Assembly: GCF_001194135.2 (NCBI RefSeq)
Contig: NC_068981.1
Location: 104,475,384-104,539,383 of the forward strand
From: Octopus bimaculoides
Lineage: Eukaryota
Direction of reading: 5' to 3'
DNA length: 64,000 bases
Shown: piece by piece, positions 36,437-51,309 of the stretch
Layout: each line of letters begins with the position of its first letter
How positions within the stretch are numbered: the stretch's first letter is position 1
Position numbers and translations under genes: made by a program
The notes under the pieces: model-generated
What the model saw: the letters and a program-made list of their open reading frames with translations, nothing else
Told to the model about the DNA's origin: nothing
Databases searched by the model: none

Positions 36437-39400
36437 TTTCACACATACATACAAAGTGTGTGTTTGTATATATCTTTACAAGAAAAAAACCTGTGAAACA
36501 TCCAATGAATTAACAATACTAAAATATGTGATGTGAGTTCACATGATCTATATGCTTCCAGATAACTACTATTAGATAAAAGAAAGAATATGTCTATATA
36601 TTTCTTTTATTCTTTTACTTGTTTCAGTCATTTGATTGTGGCCATGCTGGAGCACTGCCTTTAGTTGAGCAAATCGACCCCAGGACTTATTCTTTGTAAG
36701 CCTAGTACTTATTCTATTGGCCTCTTTTACTGAACTTCTAAGTTATGGGGACGTAAACCCACAGTTGTCAAGCGATGTTGGGGGTACAAACACACAAGCA
36801 CATACACACACATCCATATATATATATATATATATTTATATTATATGACAGGCTTCTTTCAGTTTCCGTCTACCACATCCACTCACAAGCCTTTGATCGG
36901 TTCAAGGCTATTGATTAAAATCGTAATTGTTATTGGATTTAAATACATTTCATATTACAAGTCTTACAACAAACTGATTAGAAATACTTTTCAAATCTCC
37001 CTGAAATCAAACTACCATCTCAGAAAAGGTTGGACATATTGGATGATGTAGCATACACTGTACATAAATTATGTTTTGCCAGAAACGAAGATGGAATGGT
37101 CATGACCGGATTGCCTTTTGGTTATAGGTCTGCTCTAGCATGGTTGACTTCAAGCAAGACAAATTTAATATATTTATTGTACAAGGTAGAGAGCTGACAG
37201 AATCATTAACATGCCAGACAAAATGCTTAACTGTATTTTGTCTGTCTTTATGTTTTGAGTTCAAATTCTGCTTATATTGACTTTACCATCAGGGTTGATA
37301 AAATAAGTACCCGTTGACCATTTGGGTTGTTGTAACTGACTTAGCCCCTTCCCCAAACTTGCTAGCCTTGTGCCAAATTTTGAAATCAATATATTAACAG
37401 AATTGTAAAATTTTATGAAAATATTCCAAATGTTTATCTTCTAGTTTGTTTGATTGCATTCGTGCACACATTTATATAGGGATATATAGTGATATGGTGT
37501 GGAAAAATAAACAATAGAAGATTTGTTACAGTTCAATATGTCATTTCTATCTGGTTGTCTAATTTCCACAGAGGGAACCTTCTTGTTTAAGCTCTGATCG
37601 GAATCACTGATTGAATATTAAGGTGTTTCAATGTTGTATATATAAAATTACAATATTTGAGGGAGATCTAGCTGTTATTTCTTGCAGCACCATACAGATT
37701 CTCTTTCTTCTTTAAAGATAGCTGCAAGAAGGTGGTATTTTTAAAGGATAGAATACAAATGTAGTTAACTAAATTAGTTTGGTATATAATAGCATATTTA
37801 TATATTTAAAATAAAATTTGTTTTAAACATGTAATAGCTGCAGGCATAGCTATGTAGTTAAGAAGTTCACTTCAAAGGCACATAGTTTTGGGTTTGATGC
37901 CATTGTATGGCACTTTGGGCAAGTATCTTCTACTATAACCTTGGGTTGACCTATACTTGTATATAAAATTTGATGAATAGAAACCAAATGGAAGCTTATG
38001 TATGTATGTGTGTGTGTGTGTATATATATACACATGCATGTGTGTGTGTGTGTATGTGTGTCCTGTGCAGGTGGCATGTAAAATACACCATTTGAGCTTG
38101 ACCGTTGCCAGTACTGCCTGACTGGCCTTCGTGCTGGTGGCATGTAAAAGCACCCGCTACGCTCTCAGAGTGGTTGGTGTTAGGAAGGGCATCCAGCTGT
38201 AGAAACTCTGCCAAATCAGATTGGAGCCTAGTGTAGCCATCTCGTTTGCCAGTCCTCAGTCAAATCATCCAACCCATGCTAGCATGGAAGGCGGACATTA
38301 AACGATAATGATATATATACACACACATGTGCCCATCCATCCATCCAACTCTCTCTCTCTATACTCACACATACATGCGTGTGTGTGTGTGTGTGGATGG
38401 TCTTTTTATTGAAACCACTTAGGCAGTAGTGATATTGTTTATGTCTTAAAGGTAGGAAGCTGGCAGAATCCTTACTGGGAAAAATACTTAGTGGCATTTC
38501 CTTTGTCTTTATGTTTTGAGTTCAGATTCTGTTGAGGTCGACTTTGCCTTTCACCCTTTCAGGGTTGATAGCATAAGTACCAGTTGAGTATTGAGCTTGA
38601 TGTAATCAGCTTAGCCCATCGCTGAAATTGCTGGTCTTGTGCCAGAATCTGAAACTGCTATTGTTTATGTCTTACATATTTACATAAATAAAATGCTCAA
38701 TGGTTTCACATGTGGAAATGTGGAATAAATCACCTTATTGAAAAACAGCAAAGTGTAAGTGTTAGAGCATTTAGCCATTGAATACTGTATCAAAAAGTCT
38801 TAATCAATTCATGCCTAAAAAAATCAAATGTAAAAATGGTAATAATAATATCAATGTTTAAAGCATTTTTAGTTTTGATTTGAGAAAAGTTAAGTGAATT
38901 CATTGTCTCAATATATATATCGTAGAACAAGATTACCTTGCTCCAGGATATATTTATATATTTCATCATGTCCTATATTCATTTCTGTCAGATTCACACC
39001 TGTTACAGTGTTTTACTATTAGTTCTACTTTCTGTATATTATGTAACTGCCTGAAGCTAGCTAAAAACCTTGATTCATTGCACTACATTTAGTCCAGCCT
39101 GTGGTACATCAAAGAAGACATTATATGTCTACTGGGAGGTGTTTCTACTAGTGTACTTGTTCAATAGACTCACTTGCTTGAATTTAATTTAAAAGTAAGT
39201 GTTAACTTGGGTTTAGCCGTATTGATATCTGGAATTGTGTATGTGTGTGGTGGGGATAAGTTACGAGGTTCATATCTTCCTAAAGATCATTATCAGAGTA
39301 GGTATAGTTAACTGCAATTTAGAATTGATCAAAGGTTACAGACCGTATTTGATGGGAATGTACCACTAATACTATAATGCTCACTGCTCATCACTGCCTG

Positions 39401-41039
39401 TAAAGCCAGGCTAATTAAACTGATTCAACACTGCTGTTAAGTGTTGATGTTTAACTACGGTTTATATATGCATTTAGGGAGCAGTTGTGGGATTGGATGT
39501 TAAATATTCCCTTTGCATTGATTCTTATCAACTGAAACTGTTAATGTTTGTATCTATTGTATGCACTGGCTTAACATACAAAGCATGACTCAACTAGATT
39601 TATCTTATGCCTGTGAAAAGGTAGTCTAATATTGTATCAACTCTTCTACAAACTTTCTGCATTTACAAACAAGTGCGTACCTGTTTGATTATGTGATTAA
39701 TTTCTGTTGAATCTCCTTTCTCTATTGCTTATTGAATAAAAAACAAGTTGCAATGGGAGTTCTTCAGACACAAATCAACTCTGCACTGCAAATAGCTAAA
39801 GGTTTGTTAGACAGTACACTGCTTTTTTCAATAGTGATATGTATCTATTTCACAGTACCTATTTATAATGTAGTTAACTGAGCCAGTGAAACTTGGCCAT
39901 CAACACAGTGGTTACACATTGACTATTACTCTGCTGAAGTGATACTCTGTCAATTTAGTATGTTCTGACTCCAGTTATCTCTTTTTGGAATACAATAAAA
40001 ATATTTGCTTTAACATATTAACTTAGCAGACAGGAAACACCTTAATTGCTTGGAAACAATACATAATTCGATGGTGGTCTGGTATAGTGTGGCTGGACTT
40101 AACTTGACTTGAGTGAGCCTGGACTTGTGTGCAAATAAAATCTCCCCTAACTTATTCTTAACCCTTCAGCATTTAAACTAGCCATATCTGACCCAAATAT
40201 TCTACCTGTTTTATGTTTAAACTGGCCAGATCTGGCCACTCACACCTATCCTACAATGTCCTTCTAAAAATAAACAATCACATCATCAAAATCTTGAATC
40301 TATGAGATAATGTATGATTAAATCAAAACAGTATGAATAAATAAGCATTATATTTGACAAAATAATCTGAACAGTAAGAAAGAAAGAAATATTAGGTCTA
40401 ATGTTAGTTGAACTCAGAATTTAAAAGAACAAAACTAATTACTTTAATGCATTTGATCTGCATATCTGACACATTAAGCCACCTCCATTACTCTTAGCTC
40501 ACTTTATAATTGAATGCTTTGTTGGCTTACATTGCTGAGTTCAAATTCGTTTGCAAACAAAACAAAAAGGAGAAATATCTTCCAAAAGCTTAACACCATG
40601 ATAGCTGGAATAGTTTTGATGAGTTTTTTTGTATGATGGACTGTTTTACATCACTTATCACATGGTTTCTATTTATATTTAGTCTGTTTCTTGACTTAGA
40701 AAGGGAACATTTGTGTGAGTGTTTTGTTTTTTGTATTTGGCATTTTATTAAATCAAGCTTAAACACTTTTAACTTGAATATTCTAGTTATACGCAGTTGA
40801 GTGTTGGACAAGCTGTGTGTATAGGAACACAATCAGTTGACCTAAATCTTAATATGACCTTAAGGATCTTTGATCAGTTGTGGTGGGTTGAGACTCAAAG
40901 CTGACCTTGACTGTATTTGAACAAAAAATGTAGAAGGGTAAAATCAAACATTGCATTATGTTCAGTTCAATACTCAACTGTTTCTGCTCCTCCAGTGCTC
41001 TCACTTGTAAAGACCCCACCCTGGTAAAGGTGTGTAAAG

Positions 41040-41330
41040 ACCACACCATGGGATTGCATCTAGGAAGTTACCCTCTGAGGCACAAGTCTTGGCAAGGTTG
41101 TTTATGGAAGACGAGCAGTCGCCCATGCATACCAGCCTTCCCTCTCCTTGCCACCAATGTTATCCAAGGGAAAGGCAAAGGCCAATACAGCTTGACACCA
41201 GTGATGTCGCAACTCATTTCTACAGTTGAGTGAAATGGAGCAACATGAAATAAAGTGTCTTGGTCCAGGAATCGAACTCATGACCTCATGATTGTCAGCC
41301 CAATACTCTAACCACTTAGCCATGTGCCTT
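41040..41330 (-). mobile_element. tRNA-derived SINE family S4
   Basis: Reverse complement GAAGGCACATGGCTAAGTGGTTAGAG...GAGTTCGATTCCTGGACC (A/B boxes) followed by a conserved body. Confidence 0.75.
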
Positions 41331-43194
41331 CACAGATTCACTTGCACTATATGTGTAATTTCTTATTGTTTCTTAGTTCCGAGCCATCCCTAACTGGACA
41401 AACCTCTGATCAAAGGTATTCAAGGTGTCATTAGCTTGTCTTTATAGAGGTGTCTTAGACTACATTATCTAATGTGTTCCTGTCTTATTTAAGAGAATAG
41501 GGTGGTGAGTCTCAGTCTCTTTAATTTTATGGCATTATGAAGGTTAAACAAAAAATTACTGGCACACTTTTCCTGGAAAGTTTACTACAAACCCTGTTTC
41601 AAAGTTAAAAATTAGGGAAACTATATTGTTAACTATTGTTTACCTTGTTTAATTAATCACATACCCGCCTTTTATCTTTAATTTGTTTCAATCACTGAAC
41701 TGCAGTCATGCTGAGATGTAGTTGAACAAATTGAGCCCAGTACTTATCTTCAAGTCTGGTATTTATTCTAGTGGTCTCTTTTGTGAAGCTAAGTTATGGG
41801 GATGTAAACAAACCAACACTAATTGTCATATGGTGAGAGACATACACATAAGTGTATATACACACACATACACACACACAAGAAGTTTCTACACAGTTTC
41901 CATCTATCAAATTCACTCACAACATGTTGGTCGGCCCAGGGTTATTGTAGAAGACACTTGCTAGAGGTGCTGCACAGTGGGACTGAACTTGAAATCATAT
42001 GGTTGCAAAGTGAGCTTTTTAGCCACACAGCCATACCAACATTCTGCAGTACACTGTTTGTGATCCATTGCTGTAGGGTATGATTTCAGGGATACTTGGC
42101 TGCTATTTCTAATAAATCCAGTGACTATGTGGAGGCTCTCTCATTGGCTGTTTTGTGATGAAGTGAATGTTGGTTACTATATATATATANNNNNNNNNNN
42201 NNNNNNNNNNNNNNNNNNNNNNNNNNNNNNNNNNNNNNNNNNNNNNNNNNNNNNNNNNNNNNNNNNNNNATATATATAGTAGGCCCCAATTTTGGTGACT
42301 TGGAACTTGTGCCATTGTATGTCAGGAATTTTAATAATCCTGCTGAATTAGAATACTTTATGGTGAATCTATTGTAATCTTTCTGTGTTAGTTTTATAGT
42401 TTGTATAGTATTGGGCTTTTTTCATTGTCTTTGTGATTGTTTTTAATTTTGTATGTGTTATGGTGTGGAATTCTCATAGAAACTTAACCATAGTTGAACA
42501 TCATTGGAGACAAGTCTTGTGCTCATACTTGACATTAAACATTTTGTCCAGGATTGCATCCTTCTCACATTCTTTCACTGTTCACTTTTCTTGCAAACAT
42601 TGCCCTCCAAATTAATGTTCCAAATGAACATTTAATAGCATCAGTTTCACAAGTCTGGTGGGTGGGGGACATACACACAGAGAAAAGGTCATGGTTACTA
42701 GCTTTCTTTGCTGTGTAACTTGTACATCATCATCATCATTTGTACACCCACTTTTCCATGCTTTCTGTGGGTCAGATGGAATTTTGTTGAGGCAGATTGT
42801 CTATGGTCAGATGCCATTCCTGTTACTAACCCTTACTTTTTCCGAAGTAAGGTAATATTTTCCCATTATCAGACATGTTGGGAACGACGGACACCACTTG
42901 CATGATGATAACATTCATTGTTTACAACAATCACGCAGATATAGTAACACACACGTGCATACACACATACACACGAGAGGCTTTTTCCAGTTTTCATCTA
43001 CCAAATTCACTCAAGGCTTTGGTTGGCCTGGGGCTATAGTAAAAAACACTTGTCCAATGTGCCACACAGTGGTATTAAACCCAAAACTTTGTGACTAGGA
43101 AGCAAACTTACTACACATCTATGCCTATGCCTACATATTTTTTATTGAAAATCTATCAGCTCACTTATTGCTGTTAGTGTTTCTACGTGGTACG

Positions 43195-44420
43195 TCATCA
43201 TCATCATCGTTTAATGTCCGTTTTACATGCTAGCATGGGTTGGATGGTTTGACTGGGGTCTGGGAAGCCAGGAGGCTGCACCAGGCTCCAGTCTGATCTG
43301 GCAGTGTTTCTACAGCTGGATGCCCTTCCTAACGCCAACCACTCCGTGAGTGTAGTGGCTGCTTTTTATGTGCCACTGGCACGGAAGCCAGTCAAGGTGG
43401 CACTGGCACCAGTCACGTTCGGATGGTGCTTTTTACGTGCCACTGGCACAGGTATCACAACTACAATTTCCATTTGATTTTCATTTTAATGTTGATGTAC
43501 TTGACTCAATAGATCCCCTCAAGCACAGCAGGTCACCCTATGATCCAAGGTACTTTTGAGTGGGCTGGTTATGTGACACTGGTGTAGGTTACAGCTGTGA
43601 ACTCACTCTATTTGCTGGGTCTTCTCAGTCACAGCATATCTCCAGAGGTCTCTGTCTTTTGTCATTGCCTCTGTGAGGCCCAACATTGGAAGGTCATGCT
43701 TGACCATCTCATCCCATGTCTTCCTGGGTCTACCTCTACTCCAGATTCCTTCAACTGATTGGGAGTGGCACTTCTTCACACGTCTCTCCTCATCCATCCA
43801 TAGTAATATGACCATACCAGCACAAACGTCTCTCTTGCATGCCACATCCAATGCTTCTTATGTCCAACATTTCTCTCGCGCTTACACTCTGTTGTATGTG
43901 CACACTGGCATTACACATCCAGCGGATCATTCTAGCTTCATTTCTTTCGAGCCTACGCATGTCTTCCACAGTCACGGCCCATGTTTCACTGCCATGAAGC
44001 ATGGCAGTTAGCACACATGCATCTTACAATCTACCTTTCACTCTGAGTGAGAGGCCCTTTGTCACCAGTAGGGGTAGAAGCTTTCTGAACTTTGCCCAGG
44101 CTATTCTTATTCTAGTGGTAACACTCTCTGACCATCCACCCCCACTACTAACTTGGTCACCTAGGTAGCGGAAGCTATCAACTACTTCTAGTTTCTCCCC
44201 CTGGAGTGTGATGGAATCTGTTTTCTGAGCATCTGCGGTGTCTATTGCCCCTGTGCATCTGCCGCACACGAAAGCTATCTTCTTGGTTAATCTTCCCTTG
44301 ATGTTGCTGCACCTCTTATGTGTCCATAGCTTACACTGGGTACCTCTTATGGAGTTTCTACCTACACCTTTTCTACACATCGAGCAGGGCCACCTACCTG
44401 AGGGGGTATGTGTGCAGCAT
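43195..44420 (-). mobile_element. 5'-truncated RTE-type LINE, same family as 7436-9305
   Basis: GRWPCSMCRKGVGRNSIR...LEVVDSFRYLGDQVSSGGG...LLPLLVTKGLSLRVKGRL, AMLHGSETWAVT, RGRPRKTWDE; (CAT)n tail at ~43195. Confidence 0.93.
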
Positions 44421-44802
44421 CTATTCTGGCTTCTTGATTTCTGATTTGAAATCTCATTGTGGCCAATTTTGTTTTTCACCTTTTCAAGGTTGAAAAACAT
44501 TAATACTCTAGGGCAGTAGACTGACAGAATTATTAAAGTATCAGGCTAGTTACTTGTAATAATTGTTCTAGCACTCTGTTCTGAGTTCAAATCCAGCTGT
44601 GGCCTATTTGACTGTTTAACTTAGTGTAACACCACTATTTAGTAACACCAGCACCCTTGTGTGTGTTTAGTGGAGATAACTCTTTTGTAAACATTTGGGC
44701 TAGGTTTCTATTTTGAGGATGCCTTCCTTCCTCTCTTCTCCCCATCATGGAGGCCCTGTAAAGGGCCAGGAACATTGCCCCTCTATTTTAACTACTTGAT
44801 TA

Positions 44803-44864
<62 letters not shown>

Positions 44865-45075
44865 ATATAGAGAAAGATTTATTTCTATATAGGAAATATG
44901 AAAATGCTTTGGGTCAATGTATCACGTACATTTTTATTTTATTGATTTATTATTGATAGGTTTCCATAGCTATATAATTAATCTTTCTTAAAGAATTCTG
45001 AAATCATTTCTCATTTTATATTTGATATCTACAAATGTTTTCATTATTCTAAACATTTTCACATGTTTCACTTAG

Positions 45076-45855
45076 CTCTTTGATACTAACCAACCAATGA
45101 CTGCCCCTAGTTCTATGAGTGGTTTACCCCTTTAGCATTCAGAATTACTCTATCAAATGTAATGCTTATTTATTGACATTATCATCATTATCATCATCGC
45201 CATCATCATCATCATCATCAAATGTCTGTTGCCCATGCTGGCATGGGTCAGACAGTATGATCTGAGCTGGCAAGCTGGGTGGGGCTACACCAGACTCCAG
45301 TTTGGTTCAGCATGTTTTCTATGGCTTGATGCCTTTCCTAATGCCAACTACTTTTCAGAGTGTGCTGGGTGCTTTTGCATGACACCACACAGACACTTTT
45401 ATGTGGCACCACACAGGCACTTTTATGTGGCACCGCATGGGTTCTTTTACTTGATGCTGCACAAGCGCCTTTACATGGCCTGTGCGGTGTCACGTAAAAG
45501 GGCCTGTGTGGTGTCATGTAGAAGCACCCATGCAGCACATTGACATTATTTTGAATTAATCATACATTTTCTTGTGGCTTTGAGATTTCAATGATGAGAT
45601 ATTTTCTTTTTCAGAACACCATTGTAGGATAAGTGTGAGAGGCTGAATCTGGCCAGTCCAAACATAAAACAGGTAGAATATTTGGGATGGATATAGCTGG
45701 TTTAAATGCTAAAGGGTTAAAGTCATCTAAATTCATATTAATTTATATTTCAATTACCAACTGAATAATGACAGTTATTTTACTAAATTCTTCATTAATT
45801 TCAAAATTAATTGAAGCAAAAGCAATGTTTCAACAGAATTGTAGTAACAAAAGGG
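45076..45855. mobile_element. Three-layer nest: MITE A containing MITE B (45128-45716) containing an RTE-tail insertion (45183-45538)
   Basis: Both MITEs' termini are recognisable; inner insertion has TSD ATTGACATTAT (45172-45182, 45539-45549). Confidence 0.75.
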
Positions 45856-47172
45856 TTAATTGATGAAAGCTACTAATACCTAAGCAACAAATATATCATC
45901 CCTCAAGCTATTCTTGCATAAACATTTATATTCATTGATGGAATAGAACTAGAAAAGACAATTTAATGTAATTTTAATACAAATGCCTATATTTTGAAAT
46001 TTCAGAATAAATAGCACAAAGAACAGTGCTGCACATACATGACCTCATCTCACATTAATACACTCCAGATTGTTGAGTCTATAATGATTCTTTTGTTTTG
46101 GCTCTATTGATTGTGTGTGTGGAGGAAGTAGAGGAACAGTAAAGTGAATGAGCTAGAAATCATTGATGCTCATGAGGTTATTCACTCATATAAATCATGG
46201 CTATTAGTCATTTAATTTTCTTATTATTATTTATCAGCAGGTCAATTCTAATCTATCAGACCTTATAATCAAAGGCAGTCCAGCTATAATTATTGTCTTT
46301 TTGGGTATATGAAGGATTATATTACCTAGTCTAATGTGGTTTTTCTCACAGCCTTTAAGTTAGTAGGGTGTAATATAAAAGGAATATTTGACTGCTGTTT
46401 TTAACAGGTTGTGCAATCATAATGATCTTGGTTCATTTATGACCTCATTGTGTCTTATGAAACTATAGATCCTCATCCTCTCCATTGTTTGTGCCTGAGC
46501 AAGGTGTTTTTATGGAAAACCAGCAGTTAAGCAGTAGCAACTCTAGCTTATTCATGCCAGCACTGTTACAGAAAAGGTAAGGCCAATGTCATCAAAGAAG
46601 TTGCTGTCAGAATACAGACATGGGAGATTTATTGCATTGTGAACATTTTGACTTAGAGTTGTATTTTCTGTTCAGGGCCAGATAATATATCAATTCTTAA
46701 TTTTTGATAATCTAAAAAGCACAAATATATGCTGCATTATTATGAAAAAGGCACTGATACACTGGGATATAAGGAAGTGTAGTTAAAACCTCACTTTACA
46801 ACTATGTATGTTCAAGTTCAGTCCCACCATATGACATCTTTGTCAAGTGTCTTCTGCTACAACTTTGGATTGAGCAAAGCCTCGATAGGGGCTTATTGGA
46901 GAGATTGTTCTTATTCTTGGGTAGTAGACTTAATTTATTGCTCAGTTCTTCATCCCCTACCTTACTCTTGAGCTTGGTAGGGGTTGCTATGTTTACACCT
47001 CCATCTGGCCCAAGGACCAGATGGAGGTATAAACACTCATGTCAGGCATTTGGTCTGAGGGTAGCTTTCCCCTTTTCTCTCACCAGTTGTGGATGCTCTG
47101 AAAAGGGCCATGGGAGCTGCACTTCCTTCTGAGCTATATACTCCTCAGCATGTGTGTGCGCATGTGCCCGCG

Positions 47173-47229
<57 letters not shown>

Positions 47230-47929
47230 CAAATAAAAACTACTAGGTTACATCATATGTAAACAAACATAAGTGTGCTTTTGAAATGATGCTGGCAAAT
47301 TTTTCTGCTCTTAAAAGTATTTTATCCTTTATATATACTGTTCAGTATTTACGTGTTGAAAAAATTTATTTTTTTATTTGTTCTACTAGCTTACAGTATC
47401 TTTTCCCTGTCTTCTTTCACTTTCTGCAGTCGTTCTGATCCTCTGGAATAGCAAACTGTGTGTTTCTCCACTCACTCAAGTTTAATCTTTTTGTCTTTCT
47501 TATTTGTGTTGATCTTATTGTTAAACTCTCTTCTCTACAACTGTAACATTCCAGAACTTCCTCTCTATCCATATATTTCCTACAATCATCAACATTAAGT
47601 TCAAGCTCTACATTAGCAATGTTAATTTACGCAAGGAGAGCCTGCAAGGGTTATGGTTGAGTATTATCTATCACTCATTTATTAAATAAAAACTCCTTAA
47701 ATCCTGTGGATTATTTTCTCCTATAATCATAATTTTGTTACCTTAAGTCCAGTTAGATTTCACTGATGTCCTTTCAGACTGAATGAGTTTTTTGACGTGA
47801 TTCAAGGCTAAATATTAGTTTTAGAGGGACACGTTTACAGTACTTACTACCCAAAATCTGGTTCCCAAGATCAGTAATTTATTTTATCCTTTTTTTACTT
47901 TTTATACTCATGGCCTTGTAGGGTTTTCG

Positions 47930-48200
47930 AGCGAGATCGTTGCCAGTGCCCCTGGACTGGCTCTTGTGCGGGTGGCACATAAAAGACACCATTTCGAGCA
48001 TGGCCGTTTTCGTGCGGGTGACACGTAAAAGCACCCACTACACTCTCTGAGTGGTTGGCGTTAGGAAGGGCATCCAGCTGTAGAAACTCTGCCAAATTAG
48101 ATTGGAGCCTGGTGTTGCCATCCGGTTTCACCAGTCCTCAGTCAAATCGTCCAACCCATGCTAGCATGGAAAGCGGACGTTAAACGATGATGATGATGAA
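47930..48200 (+). mobile_element. RTE 3'-tail copy (young subfamily)
   Basis: Nearly identical to the reverse complement of 54668-54800. Other copies near 27660-27900, 38060-38310, 49000-49200, 50140-50325, 58710-58950. Confidence 0.85.
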
Positions 48201-51200
48201 GTATATACTTTACTTACCACCAATTTAAACCCCAATGTTTTGTGTTAAATTTATTACATTATACATGAGTATATGTGGTAATTAATTTGAGTTAAGTACA
48301 CATTAGGGAGTAATGTATTAAACTTAAGACAGAGCCTTTTTATTTTTTTTAGAGAAGGATTATAGTTGATAGAACTGACCACAGTATCTTATTGGTATTT
48401 ATTTTGACATGAATGGGTCACTGTTAATGTCTTTGTATCAAACGGTTGAACAGTCCTTTGTTACACAAGCAGTCGATTGAACAACTAGGTGCAGCCCTAA
48501 ATCCATCTTTCCAATTATATTAGGTTTTTCTACTTCAGAAGTGGAAGAAAAAGATGACTTTGTTGTTATTTGAACTCAGAACAGAGGAATGGAGAAAATT
48601 AAAAGATAAAATGCTTTTAGTTTGGCGCTCTACTGACTCAGTCACCTCTGTTTTCCTTAACACACATAAATTAATTAGTATTTTTGTTATGTTCTTTTAT
48701 TCTATTAATTGTGTCAGTCTTTGGACTACAGCCATGCTGGGCATTCCTTTGAAAGGTTTAGTTGGTCAAATTGAACCCGTTGCTTATTTTTAAGTCGAAC
48801 ATTATTTTTTAGTCCTTTTTCCCTGAAACATTAAATTATAGTGATGCAACCAAACCAACACTGCTTGTCAAACTGTAAGAAACAAACACACACACACACA
48901 CATGATGGGCTTCCATTCAGTTTCTGTCTACCAAATTCATTTGCAAGACATTAGTTGTTTAATTTTTACAATTGAGCTTTGAAACCATACAGTAGACAAG
49001 TATCATCATTATCATTTAATGTCCATTTTCCATGTTGGCATGGTTTGAATGGTATGATAGCTGGCTAGGTAGAAAACTGCATCAGACTTAACTGTCAATT
49101 TTGGCATGGTTTTTACAGCTAGATGCCCTTCCAAACATAAACCACTTTACAGTGTGGACTGAATGCTTTTTACGTGGCACCAGCACTGGCAGGGTCAGCA
49201 AGTCACCCTTTGAAAGGGTTTGGGGGTATTGGAGGAGGAGGTGGCCTTGTGTCAGGTGATGAGAGGTTTGAGTGTGACAGAGGAATGGAAACAGGTGTCT
49301 TGCTGTAGAGGAGATACATATTTACCCAGTCAGAAGGGAGAGAGAGTAAGAGTGTGAGAGTGCAAGAGAGAGAGAGCAAGTGAGAGATGGTGGTGAAGTG
49401 CCAGGGCATACCGTTCTATTCTAGAACAGAGATAGCCACTAAATGGTTAACATTCCAACATGTTTCCCTTTATGAAGAGTGGATAAAAGATTAACAGACA
49501 GACTGATTTCAGTTGTGACTGCAGATTAAACAATTTTGACAATATAATGAAAACCAATACATTTTTCTATCACTAAACATTTTCCTGTTAACATTTAATA
49601 ATCTTATCTTATGTTCAGTGACTGATAAATGTCTAATCACTCATACTTGTGGTGATGTATTCCATATCTGATTGAATCAGAGAAGCTTTTTTCAAAGGCC
49701 TTGTCTTTATAAAGTGTACCTTGGACCTGTCACTATGATGGAATTCATCTTCCTCTTGGCCAACTCTTCAAAAGTTGTATTGAGCATTGCAAATGAAAGA
49801 AAAACAAACTCATTTCAAGTACTATTACTAATTAGAACAGGAAGTACCTATATACAGCTAAGTAGACTGAGCCAGTTGAGGATGAAGTGTCAACAACACA
49901 ATGTAGAACTTCATATTTGCTCTGACTGAGCAGACTTATGGTCACAGACATTCCAGCAGACCATCGTGTTTTATATTTTTTCCTGTATATCTCTGACTAC
50001 CTTGTTCAGTATACCTGACCTTTCTTAAGAATTTAGTGTGTGATTCCAGGGAGATATGGCTACTATTTCTAGGTAGTTAGGTGACTGCTTAGAGGGTTCC
50101 TTTGTTGGCTTCTCTTAAAATTTTAATATATGAAATGCACCCATGCCAGTGACATGTTAAAAAGGTACCCTGTATACTCTGTGGAGTGGTTGGCATTAAG
50201 GTCATCCAGCTGTAGAAACCAAGCCAGAACAAACTGGAGCCTGGTGCAGCTCTAGCTTACCAATTCCAGTCAAACCGTCTAACCCATGCCAGTATGAAAA
50301 ATGGGTGGTTAATGATGATGATGAGGCACTTGGTCATTATTCTTAAGATAGTGAGGAATTTATGTAAGAAGATCCAACTTCTCCATTTAGCTGGTCTAGT
50401 GATTAAATGGAAGTTCCCACCTTGTCTCCAAGTTTTCTTTTTTAGTTAGTTACTGGTGCCAAAGAATCTACTTAAGCAGAAATGAAGGATGTAAGGGTGA
50501 TTAATGATAGCAAATCCAGTGTAATGTTAAATGAGAAGGCATTTTGAATTTGTTGTTGAACCAGTTGACAGGATGTAGGAATTGTTTTCAATAATTTACC
50601 AAACTGGTAAAAGAAAACAAACTGGTTTGTTTTCATATGACCTCTTCCTTTCCAGCAACCTAAAAATTAGGTGTAAACTAGTGATAACACATACCAATTA
50701 AAAAAAAACTTGTTTTGTACTCTTTTTTCAACCTTTGATCTTTTATATGTTTGTTCTCTGTGAAATAGCAAGAACTTAATGTTATAAAAAATGTACCTGG
50801 GGAAAAAACTGCCATTATCTTTCATTATAGCTGCTGGCATAGCTGTGTGGATAGGAAACAAGCTTTGCAACCATGTAAGTTCAGATTCAGTCTCACTGCA
50901 GTACCTTTGGGCAGGTATCTTCCACTATAGCCCCAAGCTGACCACAATATTTTGTGAATAAATTTGGTGGATGGAAACTGTGTAAAAGTCCATTGTGTAT
51001 GCATGTGTGTGTGTCTTTGTCTTGACAGCATGCAACAGTTGAAGATAAACATCACCATTTGCAAACTTTTGTGAAAATGTGTCTGATCTCAGGGAAATAT
51101 TATTTGAATATTACTTGGCTTTGAAATAGGTGAGGGTTAGCAACAGGAAGTACATGTAGCCACAGAAAACCTGCCTCAATTAATTCTGGTTCATGCAAAG

Positions 51201-51309
51201 ATAGAAGAATGGGTGGTGTTAAAACAATGATGAGGCATGAATTTACAATAATATTTTCAGTATTCTATAGAAGATAATATTAGAGTATATTATGTGGTAT
51301 ATCTTTTAC

